A DNA stretch of 64,000 bases from an uncultured virus (IMG/VR IMGVR_UViG_3300029305_005079) (lineage: Duplodnaviria; Heunggongvirae; Uroviricota; Caudoviricetes). Location of the stretch: IMG/VR virus record IMGVR_UViG_3300029305_005079; one strand, 5' to 3'. The notes beneath the pieces were generated by a model. That model did not search any database and was not told the origin of the DNA. It saw nothing but the letters and a program-made list of their open reading frames with translations. Each line of letters starts with the position of its first letter. Position 1 is the first letter of the stretch. Both the position numbers and the translations under genes were made by a program. Below, piece after piece: positions 1 to 10,529 of this stretch.

Positions 1-122
1 ACTACTCATATTTGATTCTCCTTTTATTATTGTATTTTAATCAAAAGTTCTAAGTGATATAAACATGGAAAATTTATAAAAAAAATAAAGAGAGGAGCAC
101 CTTTGCTCCTCTCTTATATTAA

Positions 123-2369
123 TTACTCATTATCTGAGTCGTCCGGAGCTTCTAGCGGTGCAGTGATCTTATCAGGATCTTCGAAGAAGATCATAGGCTC
201 ATAATACTCGCCAGGAGTCGGTTTGAATTCTTCATCCTTGGGCTCTTCAAGACCATTAATAGCAAACTGAGGTCTTTCCATGAAGAATAAATCCATAAAT
301 GAAGCTCCTCTCTTTCTGAATGTAAGAGGATTATAAAGCAGTTTATCCACCTTCTGATAACTCATAGAGATGGTAACACTAGGGTTGTCTGTAAGAGATC
401 TATTAAGAGATAAAATCTCATAATCTGGATCATACATAAACCACTTGGGTTTTTTAAGAATATCGTGAGCATCTCTGATCTGGTTAGAGATAATAATCTC
501 AAGATGTGTAGATGCTATATTAAGTCCACCTTCTATAACTGTATCAATCACAGCCTGCAAAAGCTGATGGATATCGAGACCTTTAATGGTGCTATTTTTA
601 TTCAATAAATCTTCAAGATGCTCAAGAGTTTTAGACAACTCATTATTTTCAATAGGAATAATAAAGAGAGTAATATTCTTGAGATCAGGAAGATCTATAG
701 AAATTTTTCCATCAAGAGGTTCTCCTTTCTTACGGATAATACTATTCAATTCATTTGAAATATATAGTTTAACGCCTTTATCATTTGTAATATGATGAAG
801 CTCATTACCCTGCAAAATATCGAATTCTGTAATATATTCATTATAGATAGGAGCTGTATTGTCATCATCACCAAATCCAAGATCATCATCTTCTTCATTT
901 ACGAGTTCGATATTTTCAGGATCTAGAATGAACTTGCAATCTTTAAACTCTCCATCGTCTACAAGACGAATCATATTACCTTCGATTTCAAAGAATTCAT
1001 TAAACTTCTTAACCCATACAACTTTTTCAGCAAATGTCTCGAGAAGATGTTTTGCAGAAAGAAGTTTCTGAGTAAGGCTAGACGAAAGTGTTTCGCTTGC
1101 TATACGTCCGATATTTACGCCAAAATGGATTCCGGCATCATATACTGTATAAGCAAGATCTCCATAGCACTTATAACAAACTCCATGACCTCTAGCGGCT
1201 GAAGCGCAAGTGATAGGAGATCTAAGATAAATTTTCTGACCTATAAGATGTGTATCATTTCTAGATATCTGCATGTCTACCCCTCTAGGATTAAGACGAT
1301 AATATCTATTACAAAGCATCTTAAGAGTTTTCTTATCTTTAATAATGACTTCTACAAAATTAGGTGTACAACAATCGTAATTCTTATCTTCATGAAGGAA
1401 AGAATCCATATTGTTAAGACCGAGAAGTCGTGCAAAATGACCAGAAGATCCTACGTTATTATATTTAATAATCTGAGCTGTTCTTCCAGTAGATGATTCG
1501 ATAAAGTAATCAAGAGGTGTTACAACACCACCATTGATAAACGAGTTATAGATCGGTATCGGGAAAATACCGCCCCTACCGTCAGGTTTGGTTCCGATAT
1601 TGATAGTAAACTCTTTAAACTGCTTCGGATTAATACCTTCAGAAGCTCTACATGCATCTGCAAGGCAGTGGTCATATCCGAGATAGCCCTTGGCATCTTT
1701 CATAATATCGATTGCTTTATTTGCAAATTTCATACCTACCGATTTTACATCTTCGATAGGCACATTTCTTAAATCTGCATGCATGCAATCTCTAAATTCT
1801 CCACACTTGTTCATGAGGAAAACATTGTCTTCAAGATTTACCGTATTCGCCAAATACATTGCAAATTCATCAACGTCATGAAAATGACAAAGAGTATCAT
1901 CAATAATATTATTAAGCTCTTTATTAGTAAATCTTTTTCTATTCGCATCGATAAAGAATTTATCAATATAATCTTTGATTGTATCTTTCTTAATCTCTGT
2001 ATCAAAGAAAACATGCTTAGATTCTATAGGAGTGTCTGTCCTAATAAGCATATTCCACATGATGAGATTAATAAGATAATCTGGAATTGAGAGTTCAAGA
2101 ACATTATTATCAGCGAATGTAACGCTAATAAAACATTCATGAACAAGATCAAGTTCGATACCATCTCTAAGAATATTAAGGATAGAGTCATAATGCATTT
2201 TCCAATTTTCTTTAGTGATATCGGCTGTATTAATGAAAATTAAATTATCATTTTCATAGTTTAAAATTTGTGCATAAGGCCCATAATTCTCTGGATGGTT
2301 AAGGCTTTGAGTTTCCTCATAATAACCATTATCAAGTAATATAGACCTTGAAAGATCATAGTTTGCCAT
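123..2369 (-). CDS. Multisubunit RNA polymerase beta-prime C-terminal subunit (probably non-virion RNAP)
   Basis: RSPITC...CYKCYG Zn site and NIGRIASETLSSSLTQKLLSAKH trigger-loop-like segment; start moved to ATG 2369 after AGGAG; early-type promoter upstream. Confidence 0.88.
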   Translation of the reverse strand: MANYDLSRSILLDNGYYEETQSLNHPENYGPYAQILNYENDNLIFINTADITKENWKMHYDSILNILRDGIELDLVHECFISVTFADNNVLELSIPDYLINLIMWNMLIRTDTPIESKHVFFDTEIKKDTIKDYIDKFFIDANRKRFTNKELNNIIDDTLCHFHDVDEFAMYLANTVNLEDNVFLMNKCGEFRDCMHADLRNVPIEDVKSVGMKFANKAIDIMKDAKGYLGYDHCLADACRASEGINPKQFKEFTINIGTKPDGRGGIFPIPIYNSFINGGVVTPLDYFIESSTGRTAQIIKYNNVGSSGHFARLLGLNNMDSFLHEDKNYDCCTPNFVEVIIKDKKTLKMLCNRYYRLNPRGVDMQISRNDTHLIGQKIYLRSPITCASAARGHGVCYKCYGDLAYTVYDAGIHFGVNIGRIASETLSSSLTQKLLSAKHLLETFAEKVVWVKKFNEFFEIEGNMIRLVDDGEFKDCKFILDPENIELVNEEDDDLGFGDDDNTAPIYNEYITEFDILQGNELHHITNDKGVKLYISNELNSIIRKKGEPLDGKISIDLPDLKNITLFIIPIENNELSKTLEHLEDLLNKNSTIKGLDIHQLLQAVIDTVIEGGLNIASTHLEIIISNQIRDAHDILKKPKWFMYDPDYEILSLNRSLTDNPSVTISMSYQKVDKLLYNPLTFRKRGASFMDLFFMERPQFAINGLEEPKDEEFKPTPGEYYEPMIFFEDPDKITAPLEAPDDSDNE

Positions 2370-2445
2370 AGTTTCATTCTCCTTTGCTTGATTAGATAAA
2401 TTCCGCACTGTTATTAGGTTGTTTTGGTTATTGTAACAACCTAAT

Positions 2446-2462
2446 TTCAATATAATAATATA
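2446..2462 (-). promoter_or_regulatory. Putative early promoter TATATTAT-N6-GAA
   Basis: Motif recurs at 10 intergenic sites. Confidence 0.65.
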
Positions 2463-2608
2463 TATCTATAATAAAAAATGGTGAGACTAGACGTCTTCGG
2501 TACGTCTAGTCTCTTTTTCGAAAGGAAATAAAAAAATGAAAAAAAAAACAACTTTTCGCGGCTGAAATATTCTTGAAAGGATGTTAAGGAACTCGGCAAA
2601 TTCCTTTA

Positions 2609-3046
2609 TTACTTAGTTCTGAAATATTCGGGGATACAAGCCTCTACAAAGTCCTTATCTGCATTAGATGCAATAGGCTGAGCTTTTTCTCCATATTTCT
2701 CGATGAGTTCATTCATTAGCCTACGTTCCTGGAGTCTGAGTTTAACAAGCTCATCCCACGCAGGGTCTCCATTTTCTTTTGCCATATGGCATACGGTAGT
2801 CTTAAGAATACCATTATCGGATTCTGCAGCAAGACGTTCAAGCATATCTCTTGTTACAAGGCCTTCCTCAAGCATAGCTTTAGCTTCAGGGCTTTTAAGA
2901 AATTCTTTCTTCTTAGCTGCAGGAAGATTATTAAGTGATTCGAAAAGTATAGCTTCTCTGAACTGATTAGGGTTCTTCAAAGCACTCTCCAACTTTATAT
3001 CAGCAGGACCAAATACCTGGCTAGATACTCCATTACTGAAAATCAT
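2609..3046 (-). CDS. Hypothetical protein, possibly virion head-associated
   Basis: ORF with GGAGG RBS, AACA-N6-TAA promoter and ILFES motif. Confidence 0.6.
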   Translation of the reverse strand: MIFSNGVSSQVFGPADIKLESALKNPNQFREAILFESLNNLPAAKKKEFLKSPEAKAMLEEGLVTRDMLERLAAESDNGILKTTVCHMAKENGDPAWDELVKLRLQERRLMNELIEKYGEKAQPIASNADKDFVEACIPEYFRTK

Positions 3047-3169
3047 TAGAGCAAACCTCCTCATATAATAAATTTATTTAAATGTTGTTTAATTAGATAT
3101 TATCATTATGAAAGAGTGTAGATATAAATATGCTCGAAAACTTATCATTAATTTGGAGGTTTATAATTT

Positions 3170-3349
3170 ATGCAAGAAAAAGAATCTAAAAGAAATGATC
3201 GTTTAGCAAAAGTGATGGCAAGAAATATTTGTAATTCCATCTATGGATCCTGCAACAAGTCCAGAGAAGAATTGGAGAAGGAACATGCCTATCGATTGTC
3301 TAAACAACCTGAAATAGAAAAACAAATACGAGCACGATTGGAGGCTTAA
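3170..3349 (+). CDS. 59-aa small protein with PolB motif-B-like peptide (RNICNSIYG)
   Basis: Not in the ORF track; GGAGGT RBS, ATG 3170, TAA 3347-3349. Confidence 0.7.
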   Translation: MQEKESKRNDRLAKVMARNICNSIYGSCNKSREELEKEHAYRLSKQPEIEKQIRARLEA

Positions 3350-3354
3350 TAATT

Positions 3355-3621
3355 ATGAGGTATACAGCATTAACCCCATTAAGTTCCGGGGATGCTATAC
3401 AAACATTGGTCAAATATTTATTAGGAGAAGACTATTATATAGTAGATCCTGTAAATGGAGAGCAAGGGAATGCTATTATTGTAGATGATATTCTTCGTAA
3501 ATATAGTAGAAAATATCGTAAGCAATTAAAAGCAGAAGAAAAATTAAAGAAAAAAGAATTACGATTAAAAGATGAGCTAGATATCTGCAAAAAATCTATT
3601 AGCAAAATCTGGAATAAGTAA
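3355..3621 (+). CDS. Hypothetical protein
   Basis: ORF with GGAGG RBS in the polymerase operon. Confidence 0.7.
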   Translation: MRYTALTPLSSGDAIQTLVKYLLGEDYYIVDPVNGEQGNAIIVDDILRKYSRKYRKQLKAEEKLKKKELRLKDELDICKKSISKIWNK

Positions 3622-3637
3622 AGGAGGAATAAAACAA

Positions 3638-5752
3638 ATGGCAATAATTACAGATAGCTTTAGAACTGCTTTAGCAACTTATCCGGATACACAAGCAATA
3701 ACCAACTATAAGAAAATTATGATGGACATGCTTCATTTGAATTTTCCATCATTATCTGAGGCTGAGCTTGCAGCTGCTATCGATTATTCTATCTCTAATC
3801 ATTTTAAAGACACAGATATTACAATCGATAATAATTATAAGAAAATCAATATCAATATGACTCTTAGAGAGTTAGCTGATTATATTACGAGTAAAGAACC
3901 AATCATCACATCTTATGGAGTTCTGTTTAATAGACACGGAGTTCTCCCTAATCCGATTTATAATATGATAGACTCTTTTATTATGGGACGAAAAAAGATG
4001 AAGAAAGAGATGTTTAAATATCCTAAGGGATCTGAATTATTTGAAAAATATAACCTTCTTCAGTTACTATTAAAACTCGATGCCAATGCATATTATGGGG
4101 CTACTGGCCAGTATAGTTGTATTTACTATAACTTATATGCTGCAGCAAGTGTAACGACTCAGGGTAGATCTTGTAATTCGGCAGCAGCATTATTCTTTGA
4201 AAGTTTCTTAAATAATAATGTGCCAATGGGCTCTATGAATGAGCTTATCGAGTTTATCCATAATGTCCTTAATGAGAATCATCATTATGATTCTATTGAT
4301 ATTATTACAAATCATGCATCTATTGATGAAACATTTTTTCAGCTATTGTCATCTACTGGATGGGGTTGGATTCCAACAGAAGATGAGATGCATATTATTT
4401 GGGAAATCTTATCTAAATTAGATCAGGATCAACTTGATAGACTTTTCTACAAAAATAACCTATTTAATTTTATAGACAATACTCCTATAAAACAAGCAAT
4501 TTTGTTTATCCTTCAGACCCTTAAGGCTCCATTTATGGATCCTAATGAGCCGCCTGAAGAGATAGTAGATTTGCTTAAAGAGTTCTGTGATGTATTGAAA
4601 GAATATGTTTATTATGATAAACAAATTATAGATAGACTTGAAAAGATGGATTCTCTTATAAGAACCGTTTCTATTATTCAAGATACAGATAGTGCTATTA
4701 TTTCTCTTGATGGATGGTATCAGTATGTAAGACAAATGTGTGCTGGTGTACCTATGACTATTAAGAATGAAATTACAGATGCACTCGAGTTTATCGAATC
4801 TGGAGAGCTTAAAACCTCTGAAGTAAAAAGAATGGTTGAAGAGTATAGTTTCCTAGATGATGATATTATAGAGGTAGATAGACTGATAGATCCTATGGTT
4901 ATTACACCTCAGGATGGTTTAAGATATTCTATTATTAATATTATTTCTTATTGTATAGGAATTCTTGTAAACGATTATATGGACAAGTATTGTAGAAATG
5001 CTCATACTGATAATGAGCGTGCTTGTCTTATTAGTCTCAAGAATGAATTTTTATTTAAACGCGTTCTTATTACTGATGCAAAGAAGCACTATGCATCTAA
5101 GATGGAACTTCAAGAAGGAAATACAATTCCTGAAGAGAAATCTCTCGATATTAAAGGCATGGATGCGTTTGTTAAATCTAGTATGAATCCTGCAGTTCAA
5201 GCTAGATTGAAGAAGATTCTATATGATGATATTCTTAATTCTGAAGCTATAGATCCGGTAAAGGTTTTAAGAGATATTGCTGTTGTTGAAAAGGAGATCT
5301 TTACTTCTATTAATAATGGTGAGAAGAAATTCTTTAAGCCTGTAAAGGTTAAGGCTTTATCAGCATATGAGAATCCTACTAGAATTCAGGGTATTATGGC
5401 ATCTTATGCTTATAATGCTCTTCATGAGCCCGGTACTGAGGCTCTTGATATGTCAATTAGAAATTCTGTCGATATTGTTAAAGTAGATATAACTATGAAG
5501 AATATAGATAGAATTAGAGAATCTCATCCATATGTATATGAGAAAGCTATCGAACTTCTTAAGACTAAAGAATTTGCTACTGGAATATCTTCTGTAGCTA
5601 TTCCTTTGAATGAACCTGTTCCTGGTTGGGTATTACCATTTATTGAATATCATGTAATTATCAACGATAATGTATCTGGATTCCCAATTGAATCTATTGG
5701 ACTTTATAGAGGGTCTGATAAAAACAATTCTACAAATATGGTGAGTTTCTAA
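3638..5752 (+). CDS. Divergent family-B DNA polymerase subunit (phiKZ-like split type)
   Basis: KLDANAYYG (motif B), QDTDS (motif C), KKHY and DIKGMD; no exonuclease domain or motif A visible. Confidence 0.85.
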   Translation: MAIITDSFRTALATYPDTQAITNYKKIMMDMLHLNFPSLSEAELAAAIDYSISNHFKDTDITIDNNYKKININMTLRELADYITSKEPIITSYGVLFNRHGVLPNPIYNMIDSFIMGRKKMKKEMFKYPKGSELFEKYNLLQLLLKLDANAYYGATGQYSCIYYNLYAAASVTTQGRSCNSAAALFFESFLNNNVPMGSMNELIEFIHNVLNENHHYDSIDIITNHASIDETFFQLLSSTGWGWIPTEDEMHIIWEILSKLDQDQLDRLFYKNNLFNFIDNTPIKQAILFILQTLKAPFMDPNEPPEEIVDLLKEFCDVLKEYVYYDKQIIDRLEKMDSLIRTVSIIQDTDSAIISLDGWYQYVRQMCAGVPMTIKNEITDALEFIESGELKTSEVKRMVEEYSFLDDDIIEVDRLIDPMVITPQDGLRYSIINIISYCIGILVNDYMDKYCRNAHTDNERACLISLKNEFLFKRVLITDAKKHYASKMELQEGNTIPEEKSLDIKGMDAFVKSSMNPAVQARLKKILYDDILNSEAIDPVKVLRDIAVVEKEIFTSINNGEKKFFKPVKVKALSAYENPTRIQGIMASYAYNALHEPGTEALDMSIRNSVDIVKVDITMKNIDRIRESHPYVYEKAIELLKTKEFATGISSVAIPLNEPVPGWVLPFIEYHVIINDNVSGFPIESIGLYRGSDKNNSTNMVSF

Positions 5753-5759
5753 AAGATAT

Positions 5760-5798
5760 AAGAGAAGGATAGAAATATCCTTCTCTTTATTTTTTTTT
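5760..5798 (+). terminator. Intrinsic terminator
   Basis: AAGAGAAGGATA-GAAA-TATCCTTCTCTT followed by a T run. Confidence 0.85.
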
Positions 5799-5832
5799 GT
5801 ATTATTAAAATAAAATAATTATATAATATAAT

Positions 5833-6092
5833 TATGAAATTAGATATTGATTATCGAATCAAATCTTTAAATATCATCGATTAAAAATACGGTGTCTTAC
5901 ATTTACAGTTTTGTGAAGCAATTGATAATCTGCCGTAGTGTCTGAACGGTCAATCTAATTTCATATAATATGCGGGAGATGTCGGATTTCGACATTCTCC
6001 TTTTTCGACACCTCCCGTGGATCATTGTGGGATCCCGGGATTGGATAAGAATTTGTTCTTATCCAACCGTATATGATTCCCATAAGGGATTT
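5833..6092 (+). ncRNA. Candidate structured RNA or long 5-prime leader
   Basis: Long-range pair 5833-5844/5954-5965 plus several hairpins downstream of an early promoter. Confidence 0.4.
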
Positions 6093-6134
6093 ATATAAAT
6101 ATATTTTAAATTCATTTTTTAAGGAGAATGTAAA

Positions 6135-6437
6135 ATGAACACAACAGACAAATTTGAAGGAAAAGTTTTAAATGCTTTAGACAAGCTTGAAGATGAAGGT
6201 AAGATTGTAGGACTTGTAGATCCTATGGCTTTCGATTCCGAAGAAGAACTTGAAACTAAGAAGCGTATATGGAGGGATATCTTTGATAGAAATCCCGATC
6301 TTTCAAATCTCATCATCAGTATCTATGCAGATCTTGGTGATGATGGATTGTATGAATATCTCTTTACATTTATTAGAGATAATTTTGGCGCTTGGTATCA
6401 GGAAGTTACAAAATCCGAAGCCAAGAATGCTGATTAA
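6135..6437 (+). CDS. Hypothetical protein
   Basis: ORF with AAGGAG RBS and downstream terminator. Confidence 0.75.
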   Translation: MNTTDKFEGKVLNALDKLEDEGKIVGLVDPMAFDSEEELETKKRIWRDIFDRNPDLSNLIISIYADLGDDGLYEYLFTFIRDNFGAWYQEVTKSEAKNAD

Positions 6438-6537
6438 AAACTAATAAAGAGCTTCTTTCGAGAAGCTCTTTATTTTTTCTTATACTGTGGAGTTTTATGA
6501 GCTCTAGAACAGATTATTGAGAGAGGTGATGAATAAA

Positions 6538-8070
6538 ATGAATAAGATTATTATTTATCGTACTCATATCGAAATTAATGATTATGAATTAGGAGATTGC
6601 CCTTCTATAGAGAAGACATTTTCTATATACGATATGACTTATCATAAGAGATTTCCCAAAGGAATGATTTATGATAAAGAGAGGAAAGTATTGATGCTTC
6701 CGAGAGGCATCGATATTGGTTTTATAGAACGATTACTACAATCAGAACCTGTCGTAGATCCTTCTATGGATATTCCAGGAGAGATTGGACAGGTTAAATT
6801 AAAATATAAGCCTAGAGATGAAACTCAGCAAGAAGCTATTAAGTTTATGCTTAGTATGGATAAGTATAGACATAACGAAACTAGTACAATGCTATCGGTA
6901 AATTTAAATACTGGTAAAGGTAAGACATATTGTGCTATTGCTACAGCGGCGTTTTTAGGACTTAGGTCTATCGTAATTACCGACAGTATCGGGTGGTTAG
7001 AACAATGGAAAAAATTCTTTATTGAATATACCGATATAAAGGCTGAAGAGATTTATATGATATCAGGATCTCCATCTTTGATGAAATTATTCAATAGAGA
7101 TATATCAAAATATAAAGTCATTCTTTCTACCCATTCTACTATAAAGAGTATTGGAGACACACAAGGATGGGATAAGATTAGAACCTTCTTTCAATATTGT
7201 CAAATAGGAATTAAGTTTTATGATGAAGCCCACCTGAATTTTGATAATATGTTTCAGATAGATTGCTATAGTAATACCTTTATCACGTATTATCTTACAG
7301 CAACTCCTGGGCGTAGCGATGCTCAAGAAAACATGATTTTTGGATTATATTTTAAAAATGTACCAAAAATTAATTTATTTAATGATGAGGAAGACCCTCA
7401 TACGAAATATGCAGCTATTAAATTTAATTCAGATCCAACTCCAGTGCAAGCTGGAGCTTGTAAAAATAATTATGGATTAAATAGAATAGCATATACAGAT
7501 TATCTTGTACACAATCAAAACTTTAAGAAGCTTTTGATTATTATTGTAAGTATGGCTCTTAAGAAACCTGGAAAACATTTATTTTATATAGGTACTAATG
7601 AAGCCATCTTATATGTAAGAGATCTTATATATGAATCTTTTCCTGAATTAATAGGTCAAGTTGGTATTTATACAAGTATTATACCTCCTGATAAGAAACC
7701 TATGGAATTGGAAAAGAAGATTATATTGAGTACAACAAAGAGTGCCGGTGCAGCCATGGATATTAAAGGATTAGCAGAAACCGTTAATCTTGCTGAACCT
7801 TTTAAATCTAGAGTATTAGCACAACAAACTCTTGGACGTACAAGAAGTGAAGATACTTTATATAAAGATATCGTAGATACTGGATTCTTTTATACAAAGA
7901 AGTTTTATGAATTTAAGAAACCCGTATTTAAAAAATATGCTACAGATTGTGTAGAGGTTATTCTTAAGAATGATGAACTTCAATCAAGATCCGAGAAGAT
8001 TATATCAGATAGGGAAAATCTAATACAGCCTATGGAGTTCTTTGATCCAAATAAGAAAGCGGAAGATTAA
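6538..8070 (+). CDS. Superfamily 2 (UvsW-like) DNA helicase
   Basis: TGKGKT, FYDEAH, LTAT and QTLGR motifs. Confidence 0.9.
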   Translation: MNKIIIYRTHIEINDYELGDCPSIEKTFSIYDMTYHKRFPKGMIYDKERKVLMLPRGIDIGFIERLLQSEPVVDPSMDIPGEIGQVKLKYKPRDETQQEAIKFMLSMDKYRHNETSTMLSVNLNTGKGKTYCAIATAAFLGLRSIVITDSIGWLEQWKKFFIEYTDIKAEEIYMISGSPSLMKLFNRDISKYKVILSTHSTIKSIGDTQGWDKIRTFFQYCQIGIKFYDEAHLNFDNMFQIDCYSNTFITYYLTATPGRSDAQENMIFGLYFKNVPKINLFNDEEDPHTKYAAIKFNSDPTPVQAGACKNNYGLNRIAYTDYLVHNQNFKKLLIIIVSMALKKPGKHLFYIGTNEAILYVRDLIYESFPELIGQVGIYTSIIPPDKKPMELEKKIILSTTKSAGAAMDIKGLAETVNLAEPFKSRVLAQQTLGRTRSEDTLYKDIVDTGFFYTKKFYEFKKPVFKKYATDCVEVILKNDELQSRSEKIISDRENLIQPMEFFDPNKKAED

Positions 8071-8187
8071 TATTCTTCCGCTTTTCTTTTTTCGTAAATA
8101 AATGATTATTTAAAGATATACTATAATTGTGAGTAAAAGAATAATTTCAATTCTTTTATATCAAAATCATGAAAGGAGGATTCTATA

Positions 8188-9633
8188 ATGCTTACTATAT
8201 TTGATAGAATCCAAAACACAGCTATCCTTGCAAGTATGATGTTTGAAAACATCTTTGACAAGGATGACTCTCGCGATGAAAACCGTGCAGCCGGTGATAA
8301 CTTCAACAACGATGGTGATAACACCAATGAAGATATTAATGCTGCAAACAAAACAACCGAATCTGAAAAGAAAGATGAGGAAAAATCAGAAGATACGGCT
8401 TCTTCTGAGGTAAAAGTAGACGCTGCAACAGAGGCTGCAATGTCTAGTGGAAACAGAGTCGAAGATGCACATCAGCCTGGTGTGATTAATCTCGGCTTTG
8501 GTGTCGTAATGGACACTAACAAGATGAGAACTCCTACAGTAGATCCTGCAGTATTTGCGCAGATGAATGCTAATGGAGCAAACCCTCAGCAAAATCCTTA
8601 TTTTGCACACATGCAGCAGCAGGCAGCTCAGCCTATGTCTGCTAATCCTATGTTTATGAATGGGATGCCTCAGCAACAGACTTTTGTTCCTCCGGTACAA
8701 GCGGGACTTATTCCTGGACAGGGAAGGCATAAAGTCGATAATCCGCCTCCTGCAAAAAAGGAGGTAAAGAAAGCCGATGCCGATAATGTAGATGTGGATC
8801 TTTCTGCTCTCCACGGTATCGAAACAAATCCCCCGAAACCCCCTAAACAGTGGCCTGATTCTGTGAGCGCAAAGCTTCCTAATCCCGGTCCTGTAGAGCA
8901 AGCTCCAACAATATCCGTGTTCGATAATACGACAGTTACAAACAAACCTAACTGCAGATATCTTGCGGAGATTGAAAAGCTGGCTCTTGAATGTGGAGTT
9001 CAGATTCAGATGCTTCAGAGAGTTGGAGTAAATGGTTCTGAAAATGGTCTTATTAGTTGTGTAGTATATACACCCGAATCTGATAAGCCTAATCCTTACA
9101 AGGGCTTTACTATCGATACTGGTATGATTATCGATAAGAGAGCAAAAGTATTCCCGGCAATCCTTACTACAGGATATGAAGATGTGCCTGCATTCCCTGT
9201 ATTAATTCCCGATCCTAATAATAAGGAAGGCGGAAAGAGTAAAAACATTCTGAATGTTCAGTTATTCAGAGACATCTTTACAGGCGGAGTTCAGATGCTT
9301 AATAATGCGACATCAATGTATACTCCTGACTTTATGGAACTTAATAAGAGCGTAGCTCTCATCACAATGCCTACTCAGAATATGAACAAAGAGACAAGAA
9401 TCAAAGTTCGTGATCGTCTGATGGCTGCAATGAAGGCTGGAGTCTTTAAAGAAGTTCATAAAGTTGATGAGTATTCGAGATTTGTATTCAAGCATTATGA
9501 TAAGAAAGATAACTCGTTTGTTCTTAGCAATGCTGGTGTTCCTTATCGTTTCGGTGGGGTTCCTCAGAATCAGAAGAACATCGAAATCATATTCGCCTCT
9601 GATGGCAAAACCCGAATTAAGTACGTAGACTAA
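8188..9633 (+). CDS. Hypothetical early protein with long Q/P-rich disordered N-terminal half
   Basis: ORF with strong RBS and early-type promoter at 8117-8133. Confidence 0.8.
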   Translation: MLTIFDRIQNTAILASMMFENIFDKDDSRDENRAAGDNFNNDGDNTNEDINAANKTTESEKKDEEKSEDTASSEVKVDAATEAAMSSGNRVEDAHQPGVINLGFGVVMDTNKMRTPTVDPAVFAQMNANGANPQQNPYFAHMQQQAAQPMSANPMFMNGMPQQQTFVPPVQAGLIPGQGRHKVDNPPPAKKEVKKADADNVDVDLSALHGIETNPPKPPKQWPDSVSAKLPNPGPVEQAPTISVFDNTTVTNKPNCRYLAEIEKLALECGVQIQMLQRVGVNGSENGLISCVVYTPESDKPNPYKGFTIDTGMIIDKRAKVFPAILTTGYEDVPAFPVLIPDPNNKEGGKSKNILNVQLFRDIFTGGVQMLNNATSMYTPDFMELNKSVALITMPTQNMNKETRIKVRDRLMAAMKAGVFKEVHKVDEYSRFVFKHYDKKDNSFVLSNAGVPYRFGGVPQNQKNIEIIFASDGKTRIKYVD

Positions 9634-9742
9634 ATCGGTCTACGTACTTACTCGGTAATAATAATCCTGCAGCAATGCGGGATTATTTTTTTAATTGATG
9701 GCAAACTTTTTAATAAATAACAGACAAAGGAGAATGAACAAC

Positions 9743-10525
9743 ATGGCTAAAGATAGAGAACTTATCGAGCCTATGGAGTTCTTCAAAATAGATAAAGTTT
9801 CGGATGATGTGTATGCATTAGGTCCGAATGTGATATTAAAATTTAATGTATCTCTTTCGAAGATATCCAATGGTAAGAGACACCATTTTCATAAAGAATA
9901 TGAATATTCCTCTCGAGGAATTCCAGAGCAACCAACTCTAGTTACTATAAAACGTAGTTTTGATTATTATCTTTCTATAGAAAATATGCAGAAGGATAGT
10001 AATGGTAATAAAGCTTTTATAAGAATTGGACCTCAAGAATATATGCTCTTCAAGCGAGGACTTGAAGAAGCAATTTCTTGGTTTACAGATAAGAAATGGT
10101 CTAAATTATTTGCTCATGATAAAGGAAAGTTATTTCTAGTATCGCCGATACCAGAATTTGATATTCCAAATTTACCTATGCAAAAATATATACATATCAC
10201 TCCAGTGATTATCGATAAAGGTATAGCGAATGCCGATAAAGAACCTGGAGTTAGATTTGTACTTGGAGACGAATCTAATTTTGTAGATATGAATCTTGAT
10301 AGATTGATGGGGTTGTATTATATAATCTCATGCTTTAATATGTATCAGGCAGCTCTATCAATTGTTAATTATGTAGAGCGCCCAGAGTTTGGTACAAATA
10401 GATTTATTATGAAAACAGAATTTTCTATACCTGATAAGCAGGAAGACGTTAGACAAGGAGTATCTGGTATAACTTCTGGTAGGGTAGTAGATTGTAAACG
10501 AAATATAAGTTCATTGGAGGGCTAA
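9743..10525 (+). CDS. Hypothetical protein
   Basis: ORF; AAGGAG RBS before ATG 9743. Confidence 0.75.
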   Translation: MAKDRELIEPMEFFKIDKVSDDVYALGPNVILKFNVSLSKISNGKRHHFHKEYEYSSRGIPEQPTLVTIKRSFDYYLSIENMQKDSNGNKAFIRIGPQEYMLFKRGLEEAISWFTDKKWSKLFAHDKGKLFLVSPIPEFDIPNLPMQKYIHITPVIIDKGIANADKEPGVRFVLGDESNFVDMNLDRLMGLYYIISCFNMYQAALSIVNYVERPEFGTNRFIMKTEFSIPDKQEDVRQGVSGITSGRVVDCKRNISSLEG

Positions 10526-10529
10526 AAGT

